From Candidatus Babelota bacterium (GTDB taxonomy: Bacteria > Babelota > Babeliae > Babelales > CAIQNR01), in assembly GCA_965658655.1 (NCBI GenBank), contig CBFHTA010000002.1, positions 175,841 through 239,840 on the forward strand: a stretch of 64,000 bases of DNA, written 5' to 3'. This document shows, piece after piece, positions 38,551 through 47,328 of the stretch. Under the pieces are notes generated by a model. That model saw only the letters and a program-made list of their open reading frames with translations. It was not told where the DNA came from and ran no database searches. A program made the position numbers and the translations under genes. Each line of letters starts with the position of its first letter. Position 1 is the first letter of the stretch.

Positions 38551-41115
38551 TTAAGCTCGTAATGCTTTACGTAAATATGGTGCTGTTTGACTTACTTTTG
38601 AACGGGCAACTACTTTTGGTTCACCTTCTGCAACCACAGTTCCACCCTCTGCTCCACCTTCTGGTCCCATATCAATAATATAATCTGCTGTTTTCAAAAC
38701 ATCTAAATTATGTTCAATAACAAGAACAGAATTACCTTTGGCAACCAGTCGATTTAATACTTTGAGCAATTTCTCAATATCGCTTGAGTGCAAACCTGTT
38801 GTTGGCTCATCAAGAACATATAATGTTCGAGTCCCTCGTTTTGCTAACTCATTAACGAGTTTAATACGTTGAGCCTCTCCACCAGAAAGCGTTGTTGAAG
38901 ATTGAGCTAACTTTAGATAATCAAGACCAACGTCACACAACAACTGCAAACGTTTAATGATATTCTTATGTGCAGCAAAAAATTTCATTGCTTCTACGGC
39001 TGTCATGTCGAGAACGTCGGCAATGTTCTTTCTTTTATACGTAATTTGCAATGTCTCTTTATTGTAGCGCCGCCCCTTACAGGTTTTACAGATCATGGTA
39101 ACATCGGCCAAAAAGTGCATTTCAACAGTTATGGTTCCATTACCCGAACAATCAAAACAACGCCCAACCGGTCTGTTGAAACTGAATCGCCCTGCTTTAT
39201 AACCACGCACTTGGCTCTCAGGCAACGCTGCAAATAAATTTCTAATTTCGTCAAAAATACCTAGATAGGTTGCGGGGTTAGACCGAGAGGATCGACCGAT
39301 TGGCTTTTGATCAATAACAACTAAAGCATTAACTTGATCACCTCCAACTAAATCTTTTGTTGGAACTACTCGACGACGATTACCAGTTAGCTCTTGTTCA
39401 ACAGCCGGAACTAATTCTTCTAACACCAATGAACTTTTACCCGAACCAGAAACTCCTGATATGCCACACAGTACCCCTAACGGAAAACGCACAGTAATAT
39501 CTTTTAAGTTGTTTTTTTTCGCATGCTTTAAAATTAAATATGCATACGGTGTTCTTCTAAACTCAGGTAACTCAATTTTTTTCTTACCACTTAAATAAGC
39601 ACCAGTCAGAGAATTAGTATCTTTTGTAATTTGATTAGGAGTTCCAATAGCCGTAATGGTTCCACCATGCACACCAGCCTCTGGACCCATATCAATAAGA
39701 TAGTCGGCCGCTTTCATAGTATCTTCGTCATGCTCAACAACTACAACTGTGTTGCCTTGATCACGTAAACTTTTAAGTGTTTTAATTAAACGGTCGTTGT
39801 CTCGTTGATGCAAACCAATACTTGGTTCATCAAGAATATAAAGTACACCACTAAGCGCAGAACCAATTTGTGTAGCCAATCGAATACGTTGCCCTTCCCC
39901 ACCAGAAAGTGTTCGTGCCGTTCTATTAAGTGTTAAGTAAGGCAACCCAACATCATCTAAGAACTGTAATCTTCGGGTAATCTCATTGAGTAACGCCTTA
40001 GCTATTTTTTTTGATGTTGCATCTATTTTTATCTTCTTAAACCATTCAAGCGCTTCTTTAATAGGCATTTCAGAAATTTGATAAATATTTTTTTTATCAA
40101 CCTCTACCGCCAAAGCAAATTTGTTTAATCGTTGACCTTTACATTCTTCACACCCTAAGCGTGTTGCATATTTTTTAAAAAAATCTGGATATTTGGTTTT
40201 CCAATAATCTTTATCCCCTTTATCCCACGGCCATTTATTGGTTATCCCTAATCCAGAACAACTTTTACATGCACCTACCGGAGAATTAAAAGAAAAAAAA
40301 CGCGGCTCAAGTTCAGGAAACGCATTACTACATTTAAGACACATGCGCTGGGAAGCATACAACTGCTCTTTTTTGCCCGAAACTACCTTAACCAGACCGT
40401 CTGAAAGCTGCTCTGCTTTTTCTACCGCCTCTTGAATTCTAGGGCGCTCTTCCTCTTCAACCGTTAACGCATCAACTAATACATCAATAGTATGTTTATA
40501 CGTTTTGCCTAATTTCAGAGCATCTATCTCTTCTACGCTTGAAAATTTGTATTGTTTACCATCTATCTCAAATCTATAAAACCCCTGCTGAAAATGATGT
40601 TTTAAATCATTTTTAAACTCACCCTTTTGCTCACGAACAATCGGTGCACTAATAACTACCGACCTATCCTTAAAGAGCGCAAGAATATGATGAGCCATAC
40701 TTTCTGGAGATTGCGCTCCTACCTTAATAGCACAATCAGGACAATGGGCAACCCCAATACGAGCAAAAAGCACCCGTAAGTAATCGTAAATTTCTGTAAT
40801 AGTTCCAACAGTAGATCGAGGATTTGCCCCAACTGTTTTTTGCTCAATCGCAATGGCTGGACACAAACCTTCTATTTGATCAACGTCTGGTTTACGTGCA
40901 ATACCCAAAAATTGTCGGGCGTAGGCAGACAGCGATTCGGTATACCGACGTTTACCTTCGGTATATAAAATATCTAAAGCCAAAGAACTTTTCCCCGATC
41001 CAGATGGACCAGTAATAACAGTAAACGCTTCTTTTGGAATCTCTACAGAAACGTTTTTAAGGTTATGTTCACGCGCTCCAGTAACCTTAATCCACGAACG
41101 ATGTTTCTTCGCCAT
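38551..41115 (-). CDS. uvrA: Excinuclease ABC subunit A
   Basis: GAREHNLKN, GPSGSGKSS, LSGGEGQRIRLA, GVSGSGKSS, LSGGEAQRIKL, zinc-finger CxxC pairs. Confidence 0.98.
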   Translation of the reverse strand: MAKKHRSWIKVTGAREHNLKNVSVEIPKEAFTVITGPSGSGKSSLALDILYTEGKRRYTESLSAYARQFLGIARKPDVDQIEGLCPAIAIEQKTVGANPRSTVGTITEIYDYLRVLFARIGVAHCPDCAIKVGAQSPESMAHHILALFKDRSVVISAPIVREQKGEFKNDLKHHFQQGFYRFEIDGKQYKFSSVEEIDALKLGKTYKHTIDVLVDALTVEEEERPRIQEAVEKAEQLSDGLVKVVSGKKEQLYASQRMCLKCSNAFPELEPRFFSFNSPVGACKSCSGLGITNKWPWDKGDKDYWKTKYPDFFKKYATRLGCEECKGQRLNKFALAVEVDKKNIYQISEMPIKEALEWFKKIKIDATSKKIAKALLNEITRRLQFLDDVGLPYLTLNRTARTLSGGEGQRIRLATQIGSALSGVLYILDEPSIGLHQRDNDRLIKTLKSLRDQGNTVVVVEHDEDTMKAADYLIDMGPEAGVHGGTITAIGTPNQITKDTNSLTGAYLSGKKKIELPEFRRTPYAYLILKHAKKNNLKDITVRFPLGVLCGISGVSGSGKSSLVLEELVPAVEQELTGNRRRVVPTKDLVGGDQVNALVVIDQKPIGRSSRSNPATYLGIFDEIRNLFAALPESQVRGYKAGRFSFNRPVGRCFDCSGNGTITVEMHFLADVTMICKTCKGRRYNKETLQITYKRKNIADVLDMTAVEAMKFFAAHKNIIKRLQLLCDVGLDYLKLAQSSTTLSGGEAQRIKLVNELAKRGTRTLYVLDEPTTGLHSSDIEKLLKVLNRLVAKGNSVLVIEHNLDVLKTADYIIDMGPEGGAEGGTVVAEGEPKVVARSKVSQTAPYLRKALRA

Positions 41116-41268
41116 AACACTTACCCCTAGGTATATTTTGGGATTGATTCAGTAAACTGTCTTATTGTAGCATATTTTTTTTAAAAATTTGACTTTGCTT
41201 TTTGCTTAAAGCTTGGCATACTTAAGTGACCTTGAGCTGCTTTGAGCTTGGTTTAAGGCAAGTTTGGT

Positions 41269-41345
41269 GGTGGATGTAGCTCAGTTGGTAGAGCACCAGG
41301 TTGTGGTTCTGGGGGTCGTGGGTTCAATCCCCATCATCCACCCCA
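41269..41345 (+). tRNA. tRNA-His(GTG), including G-1 and encoded CCA
   Basis: Acceptor stem GTGGATG/CATCCAC, C discriminator, anticodon arm CCAGG-TTGTGGT-TCTGG, GGTTCAATCC T-arm. Confidence 0.97.
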
Positions 41346-41399
41346 CTAAATTTGACATTATAATTCTACAATTTACCTTGTAGACTTAAAGATTTCAGT

Positions 41400-41475
41400 C
41401 GGGATGTGGCGCAGTTGGTAGCGCACTCGCTTTGGGAGCGAGGGGTCGCCAGTTCGAGTCTGGCCATCCCGACCA
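41400..41475 (+). tRNA. tRNA-Pro(TGG)
   Basis: Acceptor stem CGGGATG/CATCCCG + ACCA; anticodon arm CTCGC-TTTGGGA-GCGAG; GTTCGAG T-loop. Confidence 0.97.
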
Positions 41476-41795
41476 GTTTTTGCCCTATGGGCTTCTTACC
41501 TTTTTAACACTTACATATCCCTCTATGGATTACGCAAGTCAAGACACATACTCTCAAGCTCTTGAATAATTTTCACAATCACATTCAAGATTTAAAGACC
41601 ATTTTGTTTTTTCAAACGAAACATTACTCTTATCTCTAAAGACGCTCTTAAATCAATGGTGATTTCCAATGTTTTCACTTACTTATCGAGAGTTTGCTGC
41701 ACTATGTAATCATAAGAGAAATATCATTGTAAACTCTTTACCGTATGGCATACTAATAAGCACTATATTTCACTTTACAATACCGAAAGGCCTCT

Positions 41796-42662
41796 ATGAA
41801 AAAAATTCCACTTCTTTTGACACTGTGCTTTCTATTTTCCACTAACCTTTTTACTGCGCAAGATAGTACATGCTTTATATGCCATAAAAGTAACTTTGAT
41901 GAACCTGATAAAGCACAAAACAATGACCTATTATTAAAACCAAGAAGCAAAGTAATTCCTAAGGGATGTACACAAGGCCACTGTTTTCATCTCGATTGCT
42001 TCACAGCTAAGACCATTAGAAAAGAAGAAATGATATGCCCTGTAGAAGGTTGTACCTGTAAAGTTACGCTTCCAATGCGAAAATATTCCAGAAAAAAAAC
42101 TAAAAATGGCCCCGCAACTCTTGAATGGTTCAAAGACTATGGAATGGTACTGGAATGGACAGACCCAGAAACTCACGAAGTTTTTCGGATAGGCCACACC
42201 GAAGATAATCCATTACACGTTTGTCCTTTGAAACATTCTGAAGTTAAAACTGATCATGACACTGTCCCACTTCTTACCCTATCGTACGCACGTCGTATGA
42301 TTTTGGCAGCTCAACATAATGCCCGCGATACTTTAGCAGTAGGGCTTAAAGCCTATACAGGCTACTCAGTCCCAGGAAAACAACATGCTGTGCTTGTTTT
42401 TAACTCTTTAGCAGAAAATGCGCATCCCGAGAACAAACAAATGCTTTGTGCATTGAATATTTTCACAACACATCTTAAAAAAGAAATTGAATCAGAGGAT
42501 CGAGTTCCACAAAAAATATCAGATGAAAAGATTAAAGAGGTGCATCGATTGAGCTCTATGGGAAGATATGGTATTGACAACCAAGGAAGACATGCCTGTT
42601 CCAAAGGAAAAATAAATCGACTCACAGAAAATAATAATGAGGTTTACTTTATTTATCATTAA
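41796..42662 (+). CDS. Secreted protein with a RING-H2-like zinc finger
   Basis: Signal peptide, then CFIC...CTQGHCFHLDC...CPVEGC. Confidence 0.75.
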   Translation: MKKIPLLLTLCFLFSTNLFTAQDSTCFICHKSNFDEPDKAQNNDLLLKPRSKVIPKGCTQGHCFHLDCFTAKTIRKEEMICPVEGCTCKVTLPMRKYSRKKTKNGPATLEWFKDYGMVLEWTDPETHEVFRIGHTEDNPLHVCPLKHSEVKTDHDTVPLLTLSYARRMILAAQHNARDTLAVGLKAYTGYSVPGKQHAVLVFNSLAENAHPENKQMLCALNIFTTHLKKEIESEDRVPQKISDEKIKEVHRLSSMGRYGIDNQGRHACSKGKINRLTENNNEVYFIYH

Positions 42663-42674
42663 CGAAAGAGAGCA

Positions 42675-43769
42675 GTGCTTAATATAGATAGACGTTATTT
42701 TTATCATTTTGATTGGATAAGCTTAGGTTTAACCGTTGCAATTTCATCCATTGGGTTGGCTTTTGTATTCAGCTCTACAACTAATGGACATGTTGCGTAT
42801 TCTATCTTTTTCAAGAAACAATTATTTGGGGTTATCTCTGGGTTTGTTTTGTATTTCATCTTCTGCTTTTTAGACTTTAGAGCACTCTGCAGAAATGGCT
42901 ATTTTTTATATTTTGGCATAATTGGTTTATTATTGTTCACTCTTATCAAGGGTAAAATAGGGATGGGTGCTCAACGATGGATCGATCTAAAGTTTATACG
43001 GTTTCAACCTTCTGAAGTAGCAAAACTTTTTTTCCCTGCTTTTTTAACGTATTACTTGTATACCGAAAATGATGTCCCCGTCTATCGATTCGATAGTTTT
43101 TACCCTATCTTAGGGATTTTAACCATCAGCAGCTTACTTATTTTAAAGCAACCCGACTTAGGAACCGCTATTGTGTTCTTTGCATCGGGCCTTATCATGC
43201 TTTGGCTAGCAGGTATTAGTCCCAAGTTTTTTAAATGGGGGTTACTTGCAGCGTTACTCTGTGCACCACTTGGTTGGCGCATATTAAAACCGTATCAAAA
43301 GAAACGTATTGCTGTATTTTTAGGTGCAGGAGAAAGCCATAAAGAACGATATCAAATTGAACAATCTAAAATTGCTATTGGCTCGGGAGGCGTCTGGGGT
43401 AAAGGTTTTAGCAAAGGAACACAAAATACATTTTTATTTTTACCCGAAAGTCGGACAGATTTCATCTTTTCAGTTATCTGCGAAGAATGGGGTTTTCTAG
43501 GCGCCCTGTTTATTCTTTTTCTATACAGTGCATTATTTGCTCGCATTGTTTTACTTCTACAAACTGTTAAAACTTTTTTTGCACAATTGCTCGCAGCTGG
43601 CCTTCTGGTCTCTATCATGCTCTCTTCTTTTATTAACATTGCCATGATTTCTGGACTATTACCAATTGTTGGAATACCACTCCCCTTGATGAGTTACGGT
43701 GTAACATCTTTATGGATTACACTGGCAAGCTTAGGATGGGTTCAAGGTATTGTAATGAGAAAATTTTAG
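42675..43769 (+). CDS. rodA: Rod shape-determining protein RodA (SEDS family)
   Basis: GAQRWI, FQPSEVAK, KQPDLGTA, QSKIAIGSGG, LPESRTDFIFSVICEEWG, PLMSYG. Confidence 0.95.
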   Translation: MLNIDRRYFYHFDWISLGLTVAISSIGLAFVFSSTTNGHVAYSIFFKKQLFGVISGFVLYFIFCFLDFRALCRNGYFLYFGIIGLLLFTLIKGKIGMGAQRWIDLKFIRFQPSEVAKLFFPAFLTYYLYTENDVPVYRFDSFYPILGILTISSLLILKQPDLGTAIVFFASGLIMLWLAGISPKFFKWGLLAALLCAPLGWRILKPYQKKRIAVFLGAGESHKERYQIEQSKIAIGSGGVWGKGFSKGTQNTFLFLPESRTDFIFSVICEEWGFLGALFILFLYSALFARIVLLLQTVKTFFAQLLAAGLLVSIMLSSFINIAMISGLLPIVGIPLPLMSYGVTSLWITLASLGWVQGIVMRKF

Positions 43770-43850
43770 ATCGTTAACTGTCTCTTTCATTCTTTTTCAT
43801 TCTGTTGTAATCTCTCGAACAAGTTTTTATTTTAAAAGGAGTTTCTCAAA

Positions 43851-44861
43851 ATGAACAAAGCACTTGTTATCTCATTGTTAACCATCATTAACCTCAATGC
43901 CCATACTTTTCTGGGATATCATATTAAAAATCGTGTAGGCCTTTCTGCTTGCATTTTAGGTGAATCAAAAGGAATCACTGAAATGGCTCAAAAAGAGTGT
44001 GCCATCTTAACTTATAAATCTGTAAGATCACATCCAGCAACACGTCACCCAGAGCCAAACATTGGTTACATAAGTCAAACAAAGCAACTCACTAACTCAT
44101 CTCTTGCGACAGGACTTGCCGCAGACACCGACTATAGTCTTATGAAGCCAATTAGCATTGCCAATTCTTATGGAATAGAAAGCTTACAAGCATCTGAAGT
44201 TATTAAAGATATTAAAAAAGCACGAAATATTCTTAAAAAAGATCAATTACTCATTGTTTCTATTTATCCTCAGGCATATCCAGGAATTTCTCGAGCTCAA
44301 GATGCACATTATTTAGCACACCTTGTAAAAGAAGCCGGTGCTCAAGCTATTGAAATCAATCTTGCTTGTCCAAACGTACATGAAAAACCCCTATATCAAG
44401 ATCTAGGAAGATTAAGAGGCATCTGTGAAGAAGCAGTAGCTGGAGGGAAAAATCTTCCTGTTCTTATAAAAATTGGTTTTATTTCTGATAAAGAAATATT
44501 AAAAAATGTAGTTAAAACTGCGGTGAAAGCAGGAATTCGTGGCATTACCAGCATGAATTCTATTGCTGCAGAAATTTTAAACAACACTAATGATAAATTT
44601 TTCTTCCCCGGAAGGCCAGTAGCAGGAGTTTCTGGCGATATTATTCGAGATCTCGCATTAGAACAAATCAAAACACTAGTCGAAATACGCAAAGAAGAAA
44701 ATTTAGACTTTGAAATTTCAGGAGTTGGTGGTATTTCTAAACCTGAACATTTTGATTTATTCCTTGAAGCAGGTGCAAATGCTGCTCTCAGTGCTACAGG
44801 ACTGATGCATAATCACGATTTAGTAAAAGAATATATAAATTTTAAAATGCTCACTCATTAA
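43851..44861 (+). CDS. pyrD: Dihydroorotate dehydrogenase-like flavoprotein (class 1) with a signal-peptide-like N-terminus
   Basis: TYKSV, EINLACPN, VLIKIG, GVSG, SGVGGI. Confidence 0.8.
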   Translation: MNKALVISLLTIINLNAHTFLGYHIKNRVGLSACILGESKGITEMAQKECAILTYKSVRSHPATRHPEPNIGYISQTKQLTNSSLATGLAADTDYSLMKPISIANSYGIESLQASEVIKDIKKARNILKKDQLLIVSIYPQAYPGISRAQDAHYLAHLVKEAGAQAIEINLACPNVHEKPLYQDLGRLRGICEEAVAGGKNLPVLIKIGFISDKEILKNVVKTAVKAGIRGITSMNSIAAEILNNTNDKFFFPGRPVAGVSGDIIRDLALEQIKTLVEIRKEENLDFEISGVGGISKPEHFDLFLEAGANAALSATGLMHNHDLVKEYINFKMLTH

Positions 44862-45053
44862 ATCTATAAAACATATAGCAAACGCTAACCCAATACAGAA
44901 AAAGTACTTATGTGTATCAATGCATCATCTTTTAAAACCACCACAGTCCTCTCTCTTCTAGCAATTTGAAGCACAGAAGATCTTTCTTTTGTAGGAGCAT
45001 TTAAAACCAGCGTTGATCAACTTGCTCTATAATTAAACTCTCAAGCCAGTCAG

Positions 45054-45326
45054 TTATCTATTGACTGGCTTTTCTTCTCTCATAATTTGAAGACCATGAA
45101 AATAACCTAAAGAAAAACCACTTTCATACTGCTCTGACTTTTTTTCTGATAAAACATATCCTGCATTTTTCTTTGCAGCTTCAACCCCCTTAATATAACC
45201 CACCTTACCTTCTTCAGATAGATTTTTCTTAATAGCGATCCGCCCCTTTTTGTCTTCTGATAAATTACCATATGCAACCACAAAATTTGAAATTACTAAC
45301 AAAAATAAAAATAATGTTTTTTTCAT
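45054..45326 (-). CDS. Small secreted hypothetical protein
   Basis: 90 aa; MKKTLFLFLLV signal peptide; GYIKG/GFSLGYFHG motifs. Confidence 0.65.
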   Translation of the reverse strand: MKKTLFLFLLVISNFVVAYGNLSEDKKGRIAIKKNLSEEGKVGYIKGVEAAKKNAGYVLSEKKSEQYESGFSLGYFHGLQIMREEKPVNR

Positions 45327-45432
45327 TATGAAATGTTTCCTAAAACCTTAACTAACTAAACTTTATATAAATTTTATAGAATATCATTTTTAATATAAAC
45401 TGAAACGAAATCCTTACAGAGAAAGAAATAGC

Positions 45433-46452
45433 ATGGAAGAAAAAGAAATTCTAGACGTTATTACGTTACAAGAAACTCCTGAAGAACAACAGTACGATTT
45501 TGTACCAAAAAGCTTTGACGAGTACCTTGGCCAAGAAAAACTTAAAGAAAAACTTAAAGTTTACACCCAAGCAGCCAAGATGAGAAAAGAATCTCTGGAC
45601 CATCTACTTTTATTTGGACCTCCAGGCCTTGGTAAGACGACGCTTTCTCAAATCATGGCGCAAGTGATGGGTGTAGGAATAAAAATTTGTTCTGGCCCCA
45701 TGATGGAGCGCACGGGAGATCTTGTAGCTATTCTTTCTAGTCTTGAGCCGCGCGATATTTTATTTATCGATGAGATTCACCGTATGCCAACCACAGTAGA
45801 AGAAGTTTTATATAGCGCAATGGAGCAATTCAGAATAGATGTGGTCATTGGCCAAGGGGCCGGAGCTAAATCTATAAACCTTCCTTTGCACCCCTTCACC
45901 CTAATTGGCGCAACAACTCAAAGTGGTAAAATCTCTGCTCCACTTCGTAGTCGATTTGGTATCAGCGAACGTATTGATTATTACACATTTGAAGAACTTC
46001 AAGAAATTATTCTACAAAGCGCCACATTTTTAGAAGTAAAACTTAGCCCAGAAGCTGCACTCCGTATTGCTCGCTCTTCACGCGGCACACCTAGAATTGC
46101 AAAAAAAATGCTTCGACGTGTTCGTGATTTTGCACAAGTCAAAAATGTACCAATTGCTGATGATACTTTGGCTAGAAAAGCTTTATCATTTTTAGGTATC
46201 GACGATGATGGATTAAGTACTGTAGATAACATGATTCTTAAAAAAATGATGGAACACTTTAACGGTGGACCTGTAGGTCTTGAAACATTAGCCTCAATGG
46301 TTGGTGAAGATAAAGACACTCTTGAGACGGTTTATGAACCTTATCTACTACGTCAAGGTTACCTAGAAAAAACCCCCCGGGGTCGACAAATCACCTACAA
46401 GAAGTTACCCTTTTTACAAAAGAAATATTTTGGGCAAACAGCAATTGTCTAA
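45433..46452 (+). CDS. ruvB: Holliday junction branch migration helicase RuvB
   Basis: GPPGLGKTT, FIDEIHR, PFTLIGATT, SRGTPRIA, GGPVGL, EPYL, TPRGR. Confidence 0.98.
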   Translation: MEEKEILDVITLQETPEEQQYDFVPKSFDEYLGQEKLKEKLKVYTQAAKMRKESLDHLLLFGPPGLGKTTLSQIMAQVMGVGIKICSGPMMERTGDLVAILSSLEPRDILFIDEIHRMPTTVEEVLYSAMEQFRIDVVIGQGAGAKSINLPLHPFTLIGATTQSGKISAPLRSRFGISERIDYYTFEELQEIILQSATFLEVKLSPEAALRIARSSRGTPRIAKKMLRRVRDFAQVKNVPIADDTLARKALSFLGIDDDGLSTVDNMILKKMMEHFNGGPVGLETLASMVGEDKDTLETVYEPYLLRQGYLEKTPRGRQITYKKLPFLQKKYFGQTAIV

Positions 46453-46473
46453 TAAGCACAAGGAGTTAAAGCC

Positions 46474-47190
46474 ATGGCAGGTCATTCAAAATGGGCCAAC
46501 ATCAAGCATAAAAAAGCAAAAGAAGACGCAGCACGCGGAAAATCTTTTACTAAACTTGTTAAAGAAATCACCGTTGTTGCACGTGACGGTGGTGGAGACC
46601 CTTCTGGTAATCCTCGACTAAGAACGCTTGTAGACAAAGCAAAACAAATTAATATGCCTCAAGAAAATATTAAACGTGCAATTCAAAAAGGCACCGGAGA
46701 ACTTCCTGGTGTTTCTTATGAGCAAATAATGTATGAAGGCTACGGACCAGCAGGAATTGCTGTTATGCTCGAAGTTTTAACAGACAATAAAAATCGTGCT
46801 GTTGCAGCGGTACGAAGTACCTTTACTAAAAAAGGTGGTAATCTTGCAGAAAATGGCTCTGTCAGCTGGATGTTCTCTCAGAAAGGTGTTATTAAAGCAA
46901 CAGGCGGCTCACTTTCTGAAGATGAACTTTTAGAAAAACTTTTAGACTTTGATGTAGAAGATATTCAAAAAGAAGAAACTCTTTTTTATATCACATGTGA
47001 CATGAAAGCACTTGATCAAGTTAAGCAAGGTGTAAATCAAGCAAATCTAACCATTGAGAATGCCGACATTGAGTGGGTAGCCAAAGACAAAGCTGATCTT
47101 TCTGAGAGTGATGCTGAAAAAGCTTATGAATTCTTAGGCGCACTCGAAGCATTAGAAGATGTTCAAAATGTTTACTCAAATATTGAATAA
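46474..47190 (+). CDS. yebC: YebC/PmpR family protein
   Basis: MAGHSKWANIKHKK, YEGYGPAG, TDNKNR, DVQNVYSN. Confidence 0.97.
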   Translation: MAGHSKWANIKHKKAKEDAARGKSFTKLVKEITVVARDGGGDPSGNPRLRTLVDKAKQINMPQENIKRAIQKGTGELPGVSYEQIMYEGYGPAGIAVMLEVLTDNKNRAVAAVRSTFTKKGGNLAENGSVSWMFSQKGVIKATGGSLSEDELLEKLLDFDVEDIQKEETLFYITCDMKALDQVKQGVNQANLTIENADIEWVAKDKADLSESDAEKAYEFLGALEALEDVQNVYSNIE

Positions 47191-47263
47191 TTTGACACAT
47201 TTTTAAGAAGATTTTTTTCGTAAAATCATTTATTTATCTATCATTTCACCTCTTTCTTAAGGG

Positions 47264-47292
47264 TTGACAAACCACAGGGAGATTTCTAGGGT
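47264..47292 (+). promoter_or_regulatory. Sigma70-type promoter for the beta-helix operon
   Basis: TTGACA-17 nt-TAGGGT, followed by AAGGAAGG RBS and ATG at 47329. Confidence 0.55.
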
Positions 47293-47328
47293 AAAATCTA
47301 GTATTTTCTTAAAAAAGGAAGGTAGGTA

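Noticed and set aside
36687..38631. Diversity-generating retroelement TR/VR pair (six of nine differences fall on uvrA adenines)
   Set aside because: Those six are all third-codon-position silent or stop changes, the AAA codons are untouched, and no reverse transcriptase is in the window; allelic divergence explains it better.
41269..42662. tRNA-anchored integrative element
   Set aside because: No integrase gene and no duplicated tRNA 3' end seen downstream.
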